DNA of 64,000 bases from Hypanus sabinus (Eukaryota), in the NCBI RefSeq assembly GCF_030144855.1, contig NW_026781333.1, positions 310,001 through 374,000 of the forward strand, in the 5' to 3' direction. Below the pieces are notes generated by a model, which saw nothing but the letters and a program-made list of their open reading frames with translations, made no database searches and was not told where the DNA came from. How positions within the stretch are numbered: the first letter of the stretch is position 1; each line of letters opens with the position of its first letter. Shown here piece by piece: positions 39,720 through 50,942 of the stretch. Position numbers and translations under genes: made by a program.

Positions 39720-40665
39720 AAATGTGATCTCAGTAGGGGTGTGGCGCATGCTCAGAATGCGAAGGAGACAGACAGACTGAGCCAAGTCACAGACTGATGA
39801 AGGGGAGGAATGATCCATTTTGATACAGAGAGGGAAGAGAGAGTTTGATGTTCTGCCTGATGCCGGAACTGCAGCCAGTTAGAAGATGAAGTTTTGTTCC
39901 TCCAATTTGTTTTGAGCTGTGACAGTGTTTTTATCAGAAGGCACCATGGAGACTGAAATAATTTCAGTTGAAATGTTGTCCTTCACCCACTGACGTGCTT
40001 TGTAAACCTTTAACAGTGTACAAAAGTCAAAGGATTTGTGTATGGGAATCATAAACACAACAGCACGTTAGATCCGCTGTATCTGTCAGTTCACCAGATC
40101 TTGAACACAAAGTACACTGCAGATGCTGTGGGCAAAGCAACAGGTACAAAATGCTGGAGGAACTCAGCAGGCTGGGCAGCATCCGTGGGAACGAACAATG
40201 AACATTTCGGGCCGAGACCGAAGACCGTGACCTACAGCTTCACACTGGGAAGCGGCCGTTCACCTGCTCCGTGTGTGCGAAGAGACTCATTCAGTTAACC
40301 CACCTTGTGATGCTCCGGTGAGTTCACAATAAATAGAGGCCACATTTCTGTCTGGAGTGAGCAAAGAGTTTTACTCAATCATCCCAGCTGCTGCAACACC
40401 AGCAACTTCACATCAGGGAGGAAGTTCAAATCAGCTCCGTGTTAAATGTTTAACCATCACGGTGACTGAAGGCAGCTGCAGGTTCATGAGGGACTGTTAC
40501 TGTCAGATTCTGCAGTTCTTGCGGCTGCTCATCGCACCCAGGACTGAACCCTGGTCACTGAGCATTGGAGGAGTCTGTTCTGTTGGCGTTAGACTTAAAC
40601 TAGACTGGTGTTTAATATTGTGGATCTGCGAAAGATAAACCAGTTCTGTATCAAATCCCGTGTCG
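39720..40665 (+). pseudogene. Collapsed ZNF remnant, copy 2
   Basis: Aligns to 21920-22930. A PLE piece replaces part of the leader. Confidence 0.7.
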
Positions 40666-40839
40666 CAGGTACTTACTGTCACTGCCAAACTCACAAAGTA
40701 CGCTAGAGAGGGCACTCGGTCCATCTGCTCCCTGCCCAGGTTTCTGTTCCATATCAGTATTTTAAAATTTATCTCTCACTGTTGCAACTTGTCACCGCTC
40801 CGTGGGAGAAGAGATTTCCCTTGAATTTCTTAGAATCGG

Positions 40840-41195
40840 AGAAATCTGCAGCAAATTACAGGCCCTTCGGTCCACAATGTTGTTCCGACCGTGTACCCTA
40901 CTCTAGAAAATGCCTGGAATTACCCTACCACAGAACCCTCTATTTTCATAAGCTCCGTGTAGCTCTCTGAGATCCTCTGCAAAGACTCTATTGTACCCGT
41001 CTCTACCACCGTCGCTGGCAGTGCAGTCCACACACCCACTACACTCTATGTAAAAAAAATATATCGCTGACATCTCCCTTGAACTACTTCCAAGCACCTT
41101 AAAAAAATGCCCCCCATGTGTTCGGCATCTCAGCCCCGGGGAAAAAGCCTCTGACTTTTCACACGATCAATGCCTCTCATCATCTGATACACCTG
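40840..41195 (-). mobile_element. CR1 3' fragment (paralog at 59080-59435)
   Basis: Reverse complement of the CR1 3' end. ORF 59165-59488 reads QVYKMMRGIGRVDSQRLFP. Confidence 0.75.
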
Positions 41196-41999
41196 CATGA
41201 ATTTCCTGCATGATTTTCCCCAGGCTAATTAACACGATGAGCTCGCTGAGTATTTGACCTTCCCCAGGGCTCTGGACTAAGGCGGTTAAACTTTTTCCCT
41301 GCTCTTTTCAAATTTTGTGTCATTTTCACTAATTTCAAAGGACTGTGCCTCATACAGCCGGGTTGTTGCAATGCGCCTCTAAAGCCTGACAGCAGACTGG
41401 CGAGTGAATCTTCGATGGAACAGAGTCAGAAATCAAAGTGTTGCCAGCCTGAGTCAGGGCTTTGGGGCTCCGGAAAGAGATGGGGTCTGGAGGTTACGAG
41501 CAGGAGGAGGAAGAGGAACCGGACCATCAGGATGTGGCTGTGAATGAAAGATGAGAAACATTTGGAGACTGGTTATTTGAAAAACAAAATGGTTAATTTC
41601 TACAAAACATTGCAGGCTAATCAGCCGATCAGGCAGCAAATGTGGAGAGGAATAAATGGGCAGCATTTAAGCAGAGCCCCTTCAGCATGTCTAGACTGTG
41701 TCCTCCTCTGCTTAGTTGCTGCCTGAACTGCAGAGCTCCTTCAGCATTTTGTGTGTGTGCGACTCTGTATTTCCAGCAACTGCAGAATCTCTTTTGTTTC
41801 ACATCTGCACTTGGAAGAGGATTGTACTTTGGCATTAGATACACGAAGCGCTTGTTGATATTGAGTGTACCGTTTATGGGAGCCGCTTTCTGCGTTAAAA
41901 AAGCTGCTGAGTTTTCTACACACAAAAAAAATACTGAGATATGGACGTGGAAGCGGTGCTTGCATAAATTTTGAATGGCACCATGATTACCCATAAAAC

Positions 42000-42310
42000 C
42001 GCGCGTATAAAATTTCGCTGTCGTTTGCAGCACCGATCAAATGCGCAGGTGCAGAGTTGCTGCCGTCTCCGATAACTACGCATGCGCGCAGTATACAAAA
42101 TGTCGGGAGGAGCGGAAAGGGAAGAGTTTTTTCGACTCTAATTGAGCGACAATTGCTGTGCGAACCGGAGACTGTAGCCCACAAACTCGGCACAGGCCAG
42201 GTCTTCTTCCTGTCTCTCAGCCCCACGATCCGTACACGGGCCCCGGGGAGCTTCCGGCTGATCAGGGAACGGGAGCAGATAGATCTCACAGACAGAGCTG
42301 AGCTTTAGCT
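42000..42310 (+). promoter_or_regulatory. Probable promoter of ZNF-3 (diverged paralog of 25140)
   Basis: CGCATGCGCG at 42079-42088 and AAAATGTCGG at 42097-42106. The GTAAG donor is absent. Confidence 0.45.
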
Positions 42311-42893
42311 ATCTGAATGCAAGGATTAGGAACTCGGAAAAAGAGAACAAAATCTTTCTATCAGCTGTTGAGAAAATCTCCTTTGCTCTATCTCAAACCG
42401 CAGCAAGAGAAAACCTGCAGGTGCTGGAAATCCGGAGGAATTTCGTACAAAATGCCGGAGGAACTCAGCATTAGTACTCTTTCCCATAGATGCTGCCCGG
42501 CCTGCTGAGTTCCTCCAGCATTTTGTGTGTGTTGCTTGTTCTGGAGTTTTCTACACGTGAGGATATGTTTTGACCTATTCTGTCTGGGTACATAATGATA
42601 TCAAACAACTTTAACTTTGCCCTTGTCAACAAGTAGCTTTCACATCACAAATGTGCCAGACTCCAATGAGACAGACTACTGCCCTTCCCTTCATATCCAT
42701 TGGCATTTTCATCACCAAGTTCATCACCTGAGGGAGGGTTCAGGGGTAATATTTATGTACAATACAGAAACTGGTGTTACCTGTGTGTATTGTGGTGATG
42801 CAAAAGCTGCTGGAGAATTTGCAAGTGGGAAGAAGGGGAGTGATAGTTGGAAGTCCGACTTTTTAAAGCATCATTTAGCAAGAGACTTGCATA

Positions 42894-44431
42894 CAGTGAC
42901 ATGCAAAAATGTGGGCATCTTTCTGTTCCTGTGAATAGCTAAGCGAGTAGAACAATGACCTAATTTCCAAAAGGCATAATGTTAAAGGTGACACACTCTT
43001 TAATATTTTAAGCAAGATTACTCTTTTGTATCCATCATTTACAGTTTCAAAATAATAAAAAAGGAAAAGGGCCTGAAGCAAAAGTTTGGGCACCCTGCAT
43101 GGTCAGTACTTAGTAGCAACCCCTTTGGCAAGTATCACAGCTTCTAAATGCTTTCTGTAGCCAGCTAAGAGTCTTTCAATTCTTGTTTGGGGATTTTTGC
43201 CCATTCTTCCTTGCAAAAGACTTCTAGATCTCTGAGGTTCTTGGGCCGTCTTGCATGCACTGCTCTTTTGAGGTCTATCCACAGATTTTTATGATCTTTA
43301 GCTCGGGGGACTGTGAGGTCCATGGCAAAACGTTCAGCTTGTGCTTCCTGAGGTAGTCCATTATGGATTTTGAGGTGCATTTAGGATCATTATCCTGTTG
43401 TAGAAGCCATCCTCTTTTAAACTTCAGCTTTTTTACAGATGGTGTGATGTTTGCTTCCAGAATTTGCTGGTATTGAATGGAATTCATTCTCCCCTCTACC
43501 AGTAGAATGTTCCCCGTGTCACTGGCTGCAACACAAGCCCAAAGCATGATCAATCCACCTCCGTGCTTAACAGTTGGAGAGGTGTTCTTTTCATGAAATT
43601 CTGCACCATTTTTTCTCCAAACATACCATTGCTCATTGCAGCCAAACAGTTCTTTTTTTTAACTTCATCAGTCCAGAGGACTTGTTTCCAAAATGCATGT
43701 TTAGATGTTCCTTTGCAAATATCTGATGCTGAATTTTGTTGTGATGGCACAGGAAAGGTTTTCTTCTGATGTTTCTTCCATGAAAGTCATATTTGTGCAG
43801 GTGTCTCTGCACAGTAGAACAGTGCAGCACCACTCCAGAGTCTGCTAAATATTCCTGAAGGTCTTTTGCAGTCAAACGGGGGTTTTGATTTCCCTTTCTA
43901 GCAATCCTACGAGCAGTTCTCTCAGAAGGATTTCTTGGTCTTCTAGACCTAAATTTGACCTCCACCGTTCCTGTTAACTGCCATTTCTTAATTACATTAC
44001 GAACTAAGGAAAGGGCTACCTGAAAACTCTTTGCTGCCTTCTTATAGCCTTCTCCTGCTTCGTGGGCATCATGTATTTTAATTTTCAGAGTGCTAGGCAG
44101 GGGCTTAGAGGAGCCCTTGGCTCTGATTGTTGGGACGAGGTTTGTGGAGTCAGGGTATTTATAAAGCTTTGAAATTTGCAACATCTGGCTTTTCCTAATA
44201 AAGACTGTGAACAAGCCATAGCTCTAACAAGCTAATTAAGGTCTGAGAACTTGGTAAAAGTTATCTGAGAGCTCAAATCTCTTGGAGTTCCCTACCTTTT
44301 GCATGGTGCTCCTTTCCTTTTTTTCCACTCTGAAATTGTAAAAACAATAATAATACACTAATCTTGCTTAAAATGTTGAAAAGAATGTTTCATCTTTAAC
44401 TTTATGACTTTTGGAGATCAGTTCATCTTCT
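42894..44431 (-). mobile_element. Tc1 DNA transposon, frameshifted transposase, right end truncated
   Basis: TA|CAGTG terminus at 42892-42898. HTH region in ORF 43633-44214. DDE motifs VLWTDE, QQDNDPK and SPEL across frameshifted ORFs. Confidence 0.9.
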
Positions 44432-44509
44432 CAGGACTTTATTCCTTGGAATGTCAAAGACTGAGGGGAGATTTGATTGTGAAAGAGGGGCATAGATGTT
44501 GTAAATTCA

Positions 44510-46185
44510 TTTTTCAATCTTTTTTTATTGATTTCCAAATAAAGAATATACAAATCGGAAGAGGAGTTTAACAAGTAGATAATGTAAAAGACATATAAAC
44601 AGCAATAGTAAAAACAAAAAGTATGTAATATCAAAATCAAATAAGTAAAATATTATGCTGTTATATATACAATGGTAAAAAAAAACTACAACTCCTCATA
44701 ATAATCATAAAAAAAAGATTGGAGATTTTATTGATAAGGGTAAAACCCCACAAACTACAATGAAACAAAATCAAACAAAAAAAAAGAAGAGAAAAAAAAG
44801 GAAAGAAAAAGAAAGATTGGGCAGTCCAATTGAGGATAAAATTAAAGAAAACAGAGAGAGAGAACAAAAACACATCCTTCCAGTCATCTCCGAACCTTCA
44901 GGGATAAGGAATTCTCACAAATAGATAGATAGACAGACAGACAAATATAAATCATATCATGCGAAAATATGGAATAAAAGGTCGCCAGACTTGTTCAAAA
45001 TTAAAGGATGTATCAAGTGTCTGGCTTCTAATTTTTCCAAGCTTAGACATGACATAAGGGAGGAGAGCCAATAGAAAACAGTAGGTGGGTTAGATTCTTT
45101 CCAATGTAGCAAAATAGCTCTCCTAGCCAGTAAAGTAGAAAAAGCTATCACATGTTTGGTGGAAGCAGACACTTTGCTTGCTTCCTCTGGAATAATCCCA
45201 AAAATTGCTGTAAGTGGATTAGTTTGAACATCCATATCTATAACTTTAGATAATATTCCAAACACATCCCTCCAAAAATTATTTAAACTTACACATGACC
45301 AAAACATATGAGTTAAAGTAGCCATTTCTGTGTTACATCTGTCACAAATAGGGCTTATATTCGGAAATATATGCGCCAATTTATCTTTGGACATATGAAC
45401 TATCTTAAACTGAATTAAGATATGGCGTGAGCAGACAGATGAACTATTGACTAAATAATAAATCTTACTCCATTGATTACCTGAAAGTGAATGTTGAAGT
45501 TCTACTTCCCAGGTACGTTGAACCCTGTCATTAGGCGACATGCGACCATTCATTAACTGTTTATAAATAATAGTTATTAATCGTTTTTGAAAAGATTTAA
45601 ACTGAAAAATAACGTAAGCCAAATTTGAAGAGCAGGCCAACGGGTAATTCGGTAAAAAAATCGTGTAAGAAATTCCTAACCTGTAAATACCTGAAAAAAT
45701 TTGTATTAGAGATATCATATTTATCCATTTACTGTGAGAAGGACACAAAGCAGTCTTGTAAAAACAAATCTAAAAAAGTTTTAATTCCCTTAATTTTCCA
45801 TATTTAAAAAGCCTTATCGAAAGTTGATGGTTTAAAAAAGAAACTAGAGTAAATATTACTAGGAAGTAAAGAACCATTTAATTAAAAAAATCTACAAAAC
45901 TGAAACCATATTTTTAAAGTATGTTTAACAATACGGTTTAGAGCTTGTCTACCTATACTGGAGAATGAAAACTGAAGAGGAGCTCCTAATAGCGAAGCTG
46001 ACGAAAACCCCATTACTGAGTTTTCCTCCAAATGTAACCATGAAGGGCGATCTTGGTCATCTGTATCATAAGTTGAAAAAGTAATATAACGCATATTAAT
46101 TGCCCATTTATTCGACCTATCAATGACATCGACATAGATGACCATTTAGAAAGCGCCTGTTGAGTATTTTCAGCTAAAGGGAAGG
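44510..46185 (-). mobile_element. 5'-truncated L1-clade LINE
   Basis: ORF2 C-terminal knuckle CDRC..THMFWSC. AATAAAAAAAAGATTGAAAAA tail. 10-bp TSD TGTAAATTCA at 44500-44509 and 46186-46195. Interrupts a CR1. Confidence 0.9.
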
Positions 46186-47334
46186 TGTAAATTCAAGCTG
46201 GCTTTTACCACTGAAATGGTGTGGGACTACAACCAGAGGCCATGGGTTAAGCGTGAAAGGTGAAATGTTAAGGGGAACATGAGGGGAAACTTCTTCACAC
46301 AGATGGTCATTTGGATGTGGAATGAACAGCCATCATGAGTGGGGCATGTGAGCTCAATTTCAATATTTAGGAGGTTTGTATAGGAACTTGGATGGTAGGG
46401 GTATGGGACTGGGCAATTTAAATAGTTTAGCACAAACTAGATGGCCCAAAGGGCCTGTTTATGTGTTGTACTTTTCTACAATTACCTGAAATATTACGAA
46501 CATTCACTCTAAGATCTTTTAACAGCTGTGTGAACCAACCATTCATTTCGGCAGGAATTTTTTATATGGCTTTAAAATTGTGGCACTTTAAGTTAATAAT
46601 ACATAAAAGAAGATCCCAGCTGCACGTCAAGAAAGACTGTTTGTGTGAGACGGTTTCAGTTACTGTGGGGCCAGGCACCCATGCTGCTCAGCAGGAACAG
46701 GGAATAATACCAATGGAGAGAGTCAGACTGAGCCAGGTCACAGATTGGAGATGGCAGAAATGCCCCATTCTTATAGAGACAGGAAGAGCATCGGAGAGAT
46801 TGATGGTCATTCCAGATACCAGCACTCTGCGCAGTCAGGAGATGATTTCTCTGTCCAACTTGAGTAGAACCTCACTGTAACAGTGTGATACAAATCAAAC
46901 CATGTGATCTCATCTGTAATGTTGTCCTAAACCCATTGATGGATTTTGTAAATCTTTTTACAGGTTAAGAATGAGAAGGAATTTGTCTGCAGGCAGCTCA
47001 AACACGACACGCCAGTTTTGTTGTCTCTGTCCCGATATTTAAGAAGTGGAGCAAGGGATTCAATCGACCATTCCTCATTTGACCAACCGTCATTTTACAC
47101 AGGAGAAAGGCCGTTCACCTGCTCAGACAGTGGGAGTGGATTCACTCAGTTATCACAATTGAAGGTACATCAACAAGTTCACATTGGCCAAGGCCATTCA
47201 TCTGTTCTGCGTGTGTGAGAAAGGATTCAGTTGGTCTTCCCACCTGTGGACACACCAGTCAGTTCATACCACACTGGCGGAGGTTAGTCATCTGTTGAAC
47301 TCCTGGGAAAGGATTCACTCAGTCATCTGACCTA

Positions 47335-48561
47335 ATGGCTCACCAGCGAGTTCACACAGGGGAGCGGCTGTACACCTGCTCAGTCTGTGAGAAGAGATTC
47401 ACTCACTCTTCCACCCTATGGAAACATCAGCGAGTTCACACTGGGGAGAAGCCATTCACCTGCTCAGAATGTGGGAAGGGATTCACTGAGTCGTCCACTC
47501 TACTGGTACATCAGCGAGTTCACACTGGGGAGAGGCCATTCACCTGCTCAGTCTGTGAGAAGAGATTCACTCGGTTATCCCACCTCCAGAGTCATCAGCG
47601 AGTTCACACTGGGGAGAGGCCGTTCTCCTGCTCAGAATGTGGGAAGAGATTCACTGAGTTATCCAACCTACAGAGTCATCAGCGAGTTCACACTGGGGAG
47701 AAGCCATTCACCTGCTCAGAATGTGGGAAGAGATTCACTGAGTTATCCAACCTACAAAGTCATCAGCGAGTTCACACTGGGGAGAGGCCGTTCTCCTGCT
47801 CTGAATGTGGGAAAGGATTCACTGAGTTATCCACCCTACAGAGACATCAGCAAGTTCACACTGGGGAGAAGCCATTCACCTGCTCAGTATGTGGTAAGAG
47901 ATTCACTCAGTTATCCACCCTGCAGAGTCACCAGCGAGTTCACACTGGGGAGAAACCGTTCCCGTGCTCAGAGTGTGGGAAGAGATTCACTCAGTCATCC
48001 ACCCTACAGAGACACCAGCGAGTTCACACTGGGGAGAAGCCATTCACCTGCTCAGTCTGTGGGAAGAGATTCACTGATTCATCCACCCTACAGAGACACC
48101 AGCAAATTCACACTGGGGAGAAGCCGTTCACCTGCTCAGTCTGTGGGAAGGGATTCACTCAGTCATCCACCCTACAGAATCACCAGCGAGTTCACACTGG
48201 GGAGAGGCCATTCACCTGCTCAGTCTGTAGGAAGAGATTCACTCATTTATCCAGCCTACAGAGACATCTGCAAATTCACACTGGGGAGAAGCCGTTCAGC
48301 TGCTCAGTCTGTGGGAAAGGATTCACTCAGTCATCCACCCTACAGAGTCACCAGCGAGTTCACACTGGGGAGAAGCCGTTCACCTGCTTAGACTGTGGGA
48401 AGGGATTCATTTATTTATCCAGCCTACAGAGACATCAGCGTGTTCACACTGAGGAGAAGCCATTCACCTGCTCAGAATGTGGGATAGCATTCACTCAGTC
48501 ATCCCAACTACTGGCACACCAGTCAGTTCACAATGGAGTGGCCGTTGTAATGAATCCCTAG
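47335..48561 (+). CDS. Tandem C2H2 zinc-finger protein (ZNF-3): 14 fingers, stop codon supplied by the LTR
   Basis: 408-aa ORF. Acceptor at 46963/46964. The last codons (VMNP*) lie in the LTR that starts at 48546. Confidence 0.9.
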   Translation: MAHQRVHTGERLYTCSVCEKRFTHSSTLWKHQRVHTGEKPFTCSECGKGFTESSTLLVHQRVHTGERPFTCSVCEKRFTRLSHLQSHQRVHTGERPFSCSECGKRFTELSNLQSHQRVHTGEKPFTCSECGKRFTELSNLQSHQRVHTGERPFSCSECGKGFTELSTLQRHQQVHTGEKPFTCSVCGKRFTQLSTLQSHQRVHTGEKPFPCSECGKRFTQSSTLQRHQRVHTGEKPFTCSVCGKRFTDSSTLQRHQQIHTGEKPFTCSVCGKGFTQSSTLQNHQRVHTGERPFTCSVCRKRFTHLSSLQRHLQIHTGEKPFSCSVCGKGFTQSSTLQSHQRVHTGEKPFTCLDCGKGFIYLSSLQRHQRVHTEEKPFTCSECGIAFTQSSQLLAHQSVHNGVAVVMNP

Positions 48562-49155
48562 GTTTCGTTTGCTGAAGGCTATTTTAAGAGAGAGATTAAG
48601 GTGATTCAGTCTGACTCCAGCTTGTTTAGTTTTAACCGAGGACACAGACACCCAGAGTCAGACAGAGATGAAGGAGGTAAAATGGAAAGAATCGAAACCA
48701 GGGAACTAATGGCCAAGGGACACCGTTTGGAACTTTCCTATGCCCACAAGTGTGGATTAATCATCGATTCACTGTACATCGAATGTGTGGTGGTCACCTT
48801 GTTTGATCCATAGGAGTGGCTCTGATTTGGGGATCCTGTGAAGACTGCTGATGTGTTAACCCTTGCCTGGGTGTGGTGTGGTAATTCACTTGAAGATGAT
48901 ACCCCTTGTGACAAGTCACTTTGGGTGATAATTAGTATGTGATATTTTGGAATGATGACAGATAAAATCTACAGCAACTGTTCTCTCATTTTACCACTGT
49001 GGAACCTGAGGAATTTGACATAATTGCATTCTCTCAACATTTACCCTGGATTACAAATATCTCTCTCATCACCTATTCTGTGGATGAAGTGAAGTTTCCT
49101 ACTTTACCATCTCAAGATTCTAAGCCTTGATTCCCCCGAGCTCAATAGTTTGGGC

Positions 49156-49660
49156 AACACACAAAATGCCGGCGGAACACAGCAGGCCAGGCAGCATCTA
49201 TAGAGAGAAGCACTGTCATTGTTTCAGGCCGAGTCCCTTCGTCAGGACTACCTGAAAGGAAAGATAGGAAGAGATTTGAAAGGAGGAGGGTGAGGGGGAA
49301 ATGTGAAAGATAGAAGACCAGAGGGGGTGGGGTGAAGCTGAGAGCTGGAAAGGTGATTGGCAAAAGGGATACAAAACTGGAGAAGGGACAGCATCATGGG
49401 ACGGGAGGCCTAGGGAGAAAGAAAGGGGGAGGGGAGCACCAGAGGGAGTTGGAGAACAGGCAGAGTGATGGTTAGAAAAAGAGGGAACAAACAATCTAAA
49501 TATATCACGGATGGGGTGAGAAGGTGAGGAGTGGTGTTAACGTAAGTTAGAAAAGTCAACATTCATGCCATCAGGTTGGAGGTTACCCAGCCGATAGATA
49601 GGGTGTTGTTCCTCCAAACTGAGTGTGGCTTCATCTTGACAGTAGAGTAGAGGAGGCCAT
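49156..49660 (-). mobile_element. Penelope-like fragment in the LTR (shared with copy 1)
   Basis: EEQHPIYRLGNLQPDGMNVDFSN on the minus strand. Confidence 0.75.
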
Positions 49661-50434
49661 GGCCTATTCTGCTTTGATAGTTGATGAAGCAGCTGATTAT
49701 GACATAGTGAGACAGGCTGTGCTCAAAGCTTACGATTTGGTCCCAGAATCATACAGGACAAAATTTGGAAATTGGAGGAAATTTGTGAATCAGACTTATC
49801 TGGCATTTGCTTCTCAGAAGTCTGTGTGTTTTGACCACTGATGCACGTATAAAAATATAAGTGATGATTTTACAAATAGAAGGAGTTGGTTTTAATTGAA
49901 GAATTCGAAAGGTGCGTCCCTGATGACATAAAGAGATATTTAGATGAAAAGGATGCTGCCACTTTGCAGGAGTCTGCTAGATTAGCAGATGAGTTTGCTT
50001 TAACTCATAAGGTTAAGTTTACCCCGAATAAGAGCTTCCAAAAGAATAGCAGGAATCACCAGTGCAAACCAGAAATTAAAGTTTGGACTAGTGATAAGAG
50101 TAAGGATGAAGGGAAGCAATTGAAGGAGAAATATTCTGGTCCTACTTGTTACTGTTGTAGGAAAGCTGGTTATGTGATGGATAATTGTTCTGTCCTGAAG
50201 AATAAAAAGGTAAAGGAGGCAGTCCCAAATGCCTGTGTTGAAGCTTCTATAAACCCAGAGGGTTCTGAACATTCTGTTGAGGCTCAGTTAAGGTCTGAGA
50301 GGTCTGCCTGAGTTAAGAAGGGTTCGAACATTTGATGTCAGATGGGATTGTATTAGTAAATGAATCAGTACCAGTGAAAATTCTGAAAAGAGGATGCTGT
50401 CCAATTTACTGGGGCTTCTCAGTCACTCATTCTA

Positions 50435-50942
50435 GGAGGCTGTGGTGGCCAGTGCTATAATATTTGCTGTTGTGTACTGGGGCAGCAGGCTAGGGTAGCA
50501 GACTCCAGCAGAATCAACAAACTCATTCATAAGGCCAGTGATGTTGTGGGGGTGGAACTGGGCTCTCTGACGGTGGTGTCTGAAAAGAGGATGCTGTCCA
50601 AGTTGCATGCCATCTTGGACAATGACTCCCATCCACTCCATAATGTACTGGTTAGACACAGGAGTACATTCAGCCAGAGACTCATTCTACCGAGATGTAA
50701 CACAGCATCATAAGAAGTCATTCTTACCTGTGGCCATCAAACTTTACAACTCCTCCCTCGGAGTGTCAGACACCCAGAGCCAATAGGCTGGTCCTGGACT
50801 TATTTCCGCTTGCATAATTAACTTATTATTATTTAATTATTTATGGTTTTATATTGCTATATTTCTTCACTATTCTTGGTTGGTGTGGCTGTAACCAAAC
50901 CCAATTTCCCTTGGGATCAATAAAGTATGTCTGTCTGTCTGT
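50435..50942 (+). mobile_element. Rex/Babar-type LINE 3' end inserted in the Gmr1 protease
   Basis: VVASAIIFAVVYWG..SFLPVAIKLYNSS, AATAAA and a (GTCT)n tail. Confidence 0.8.
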
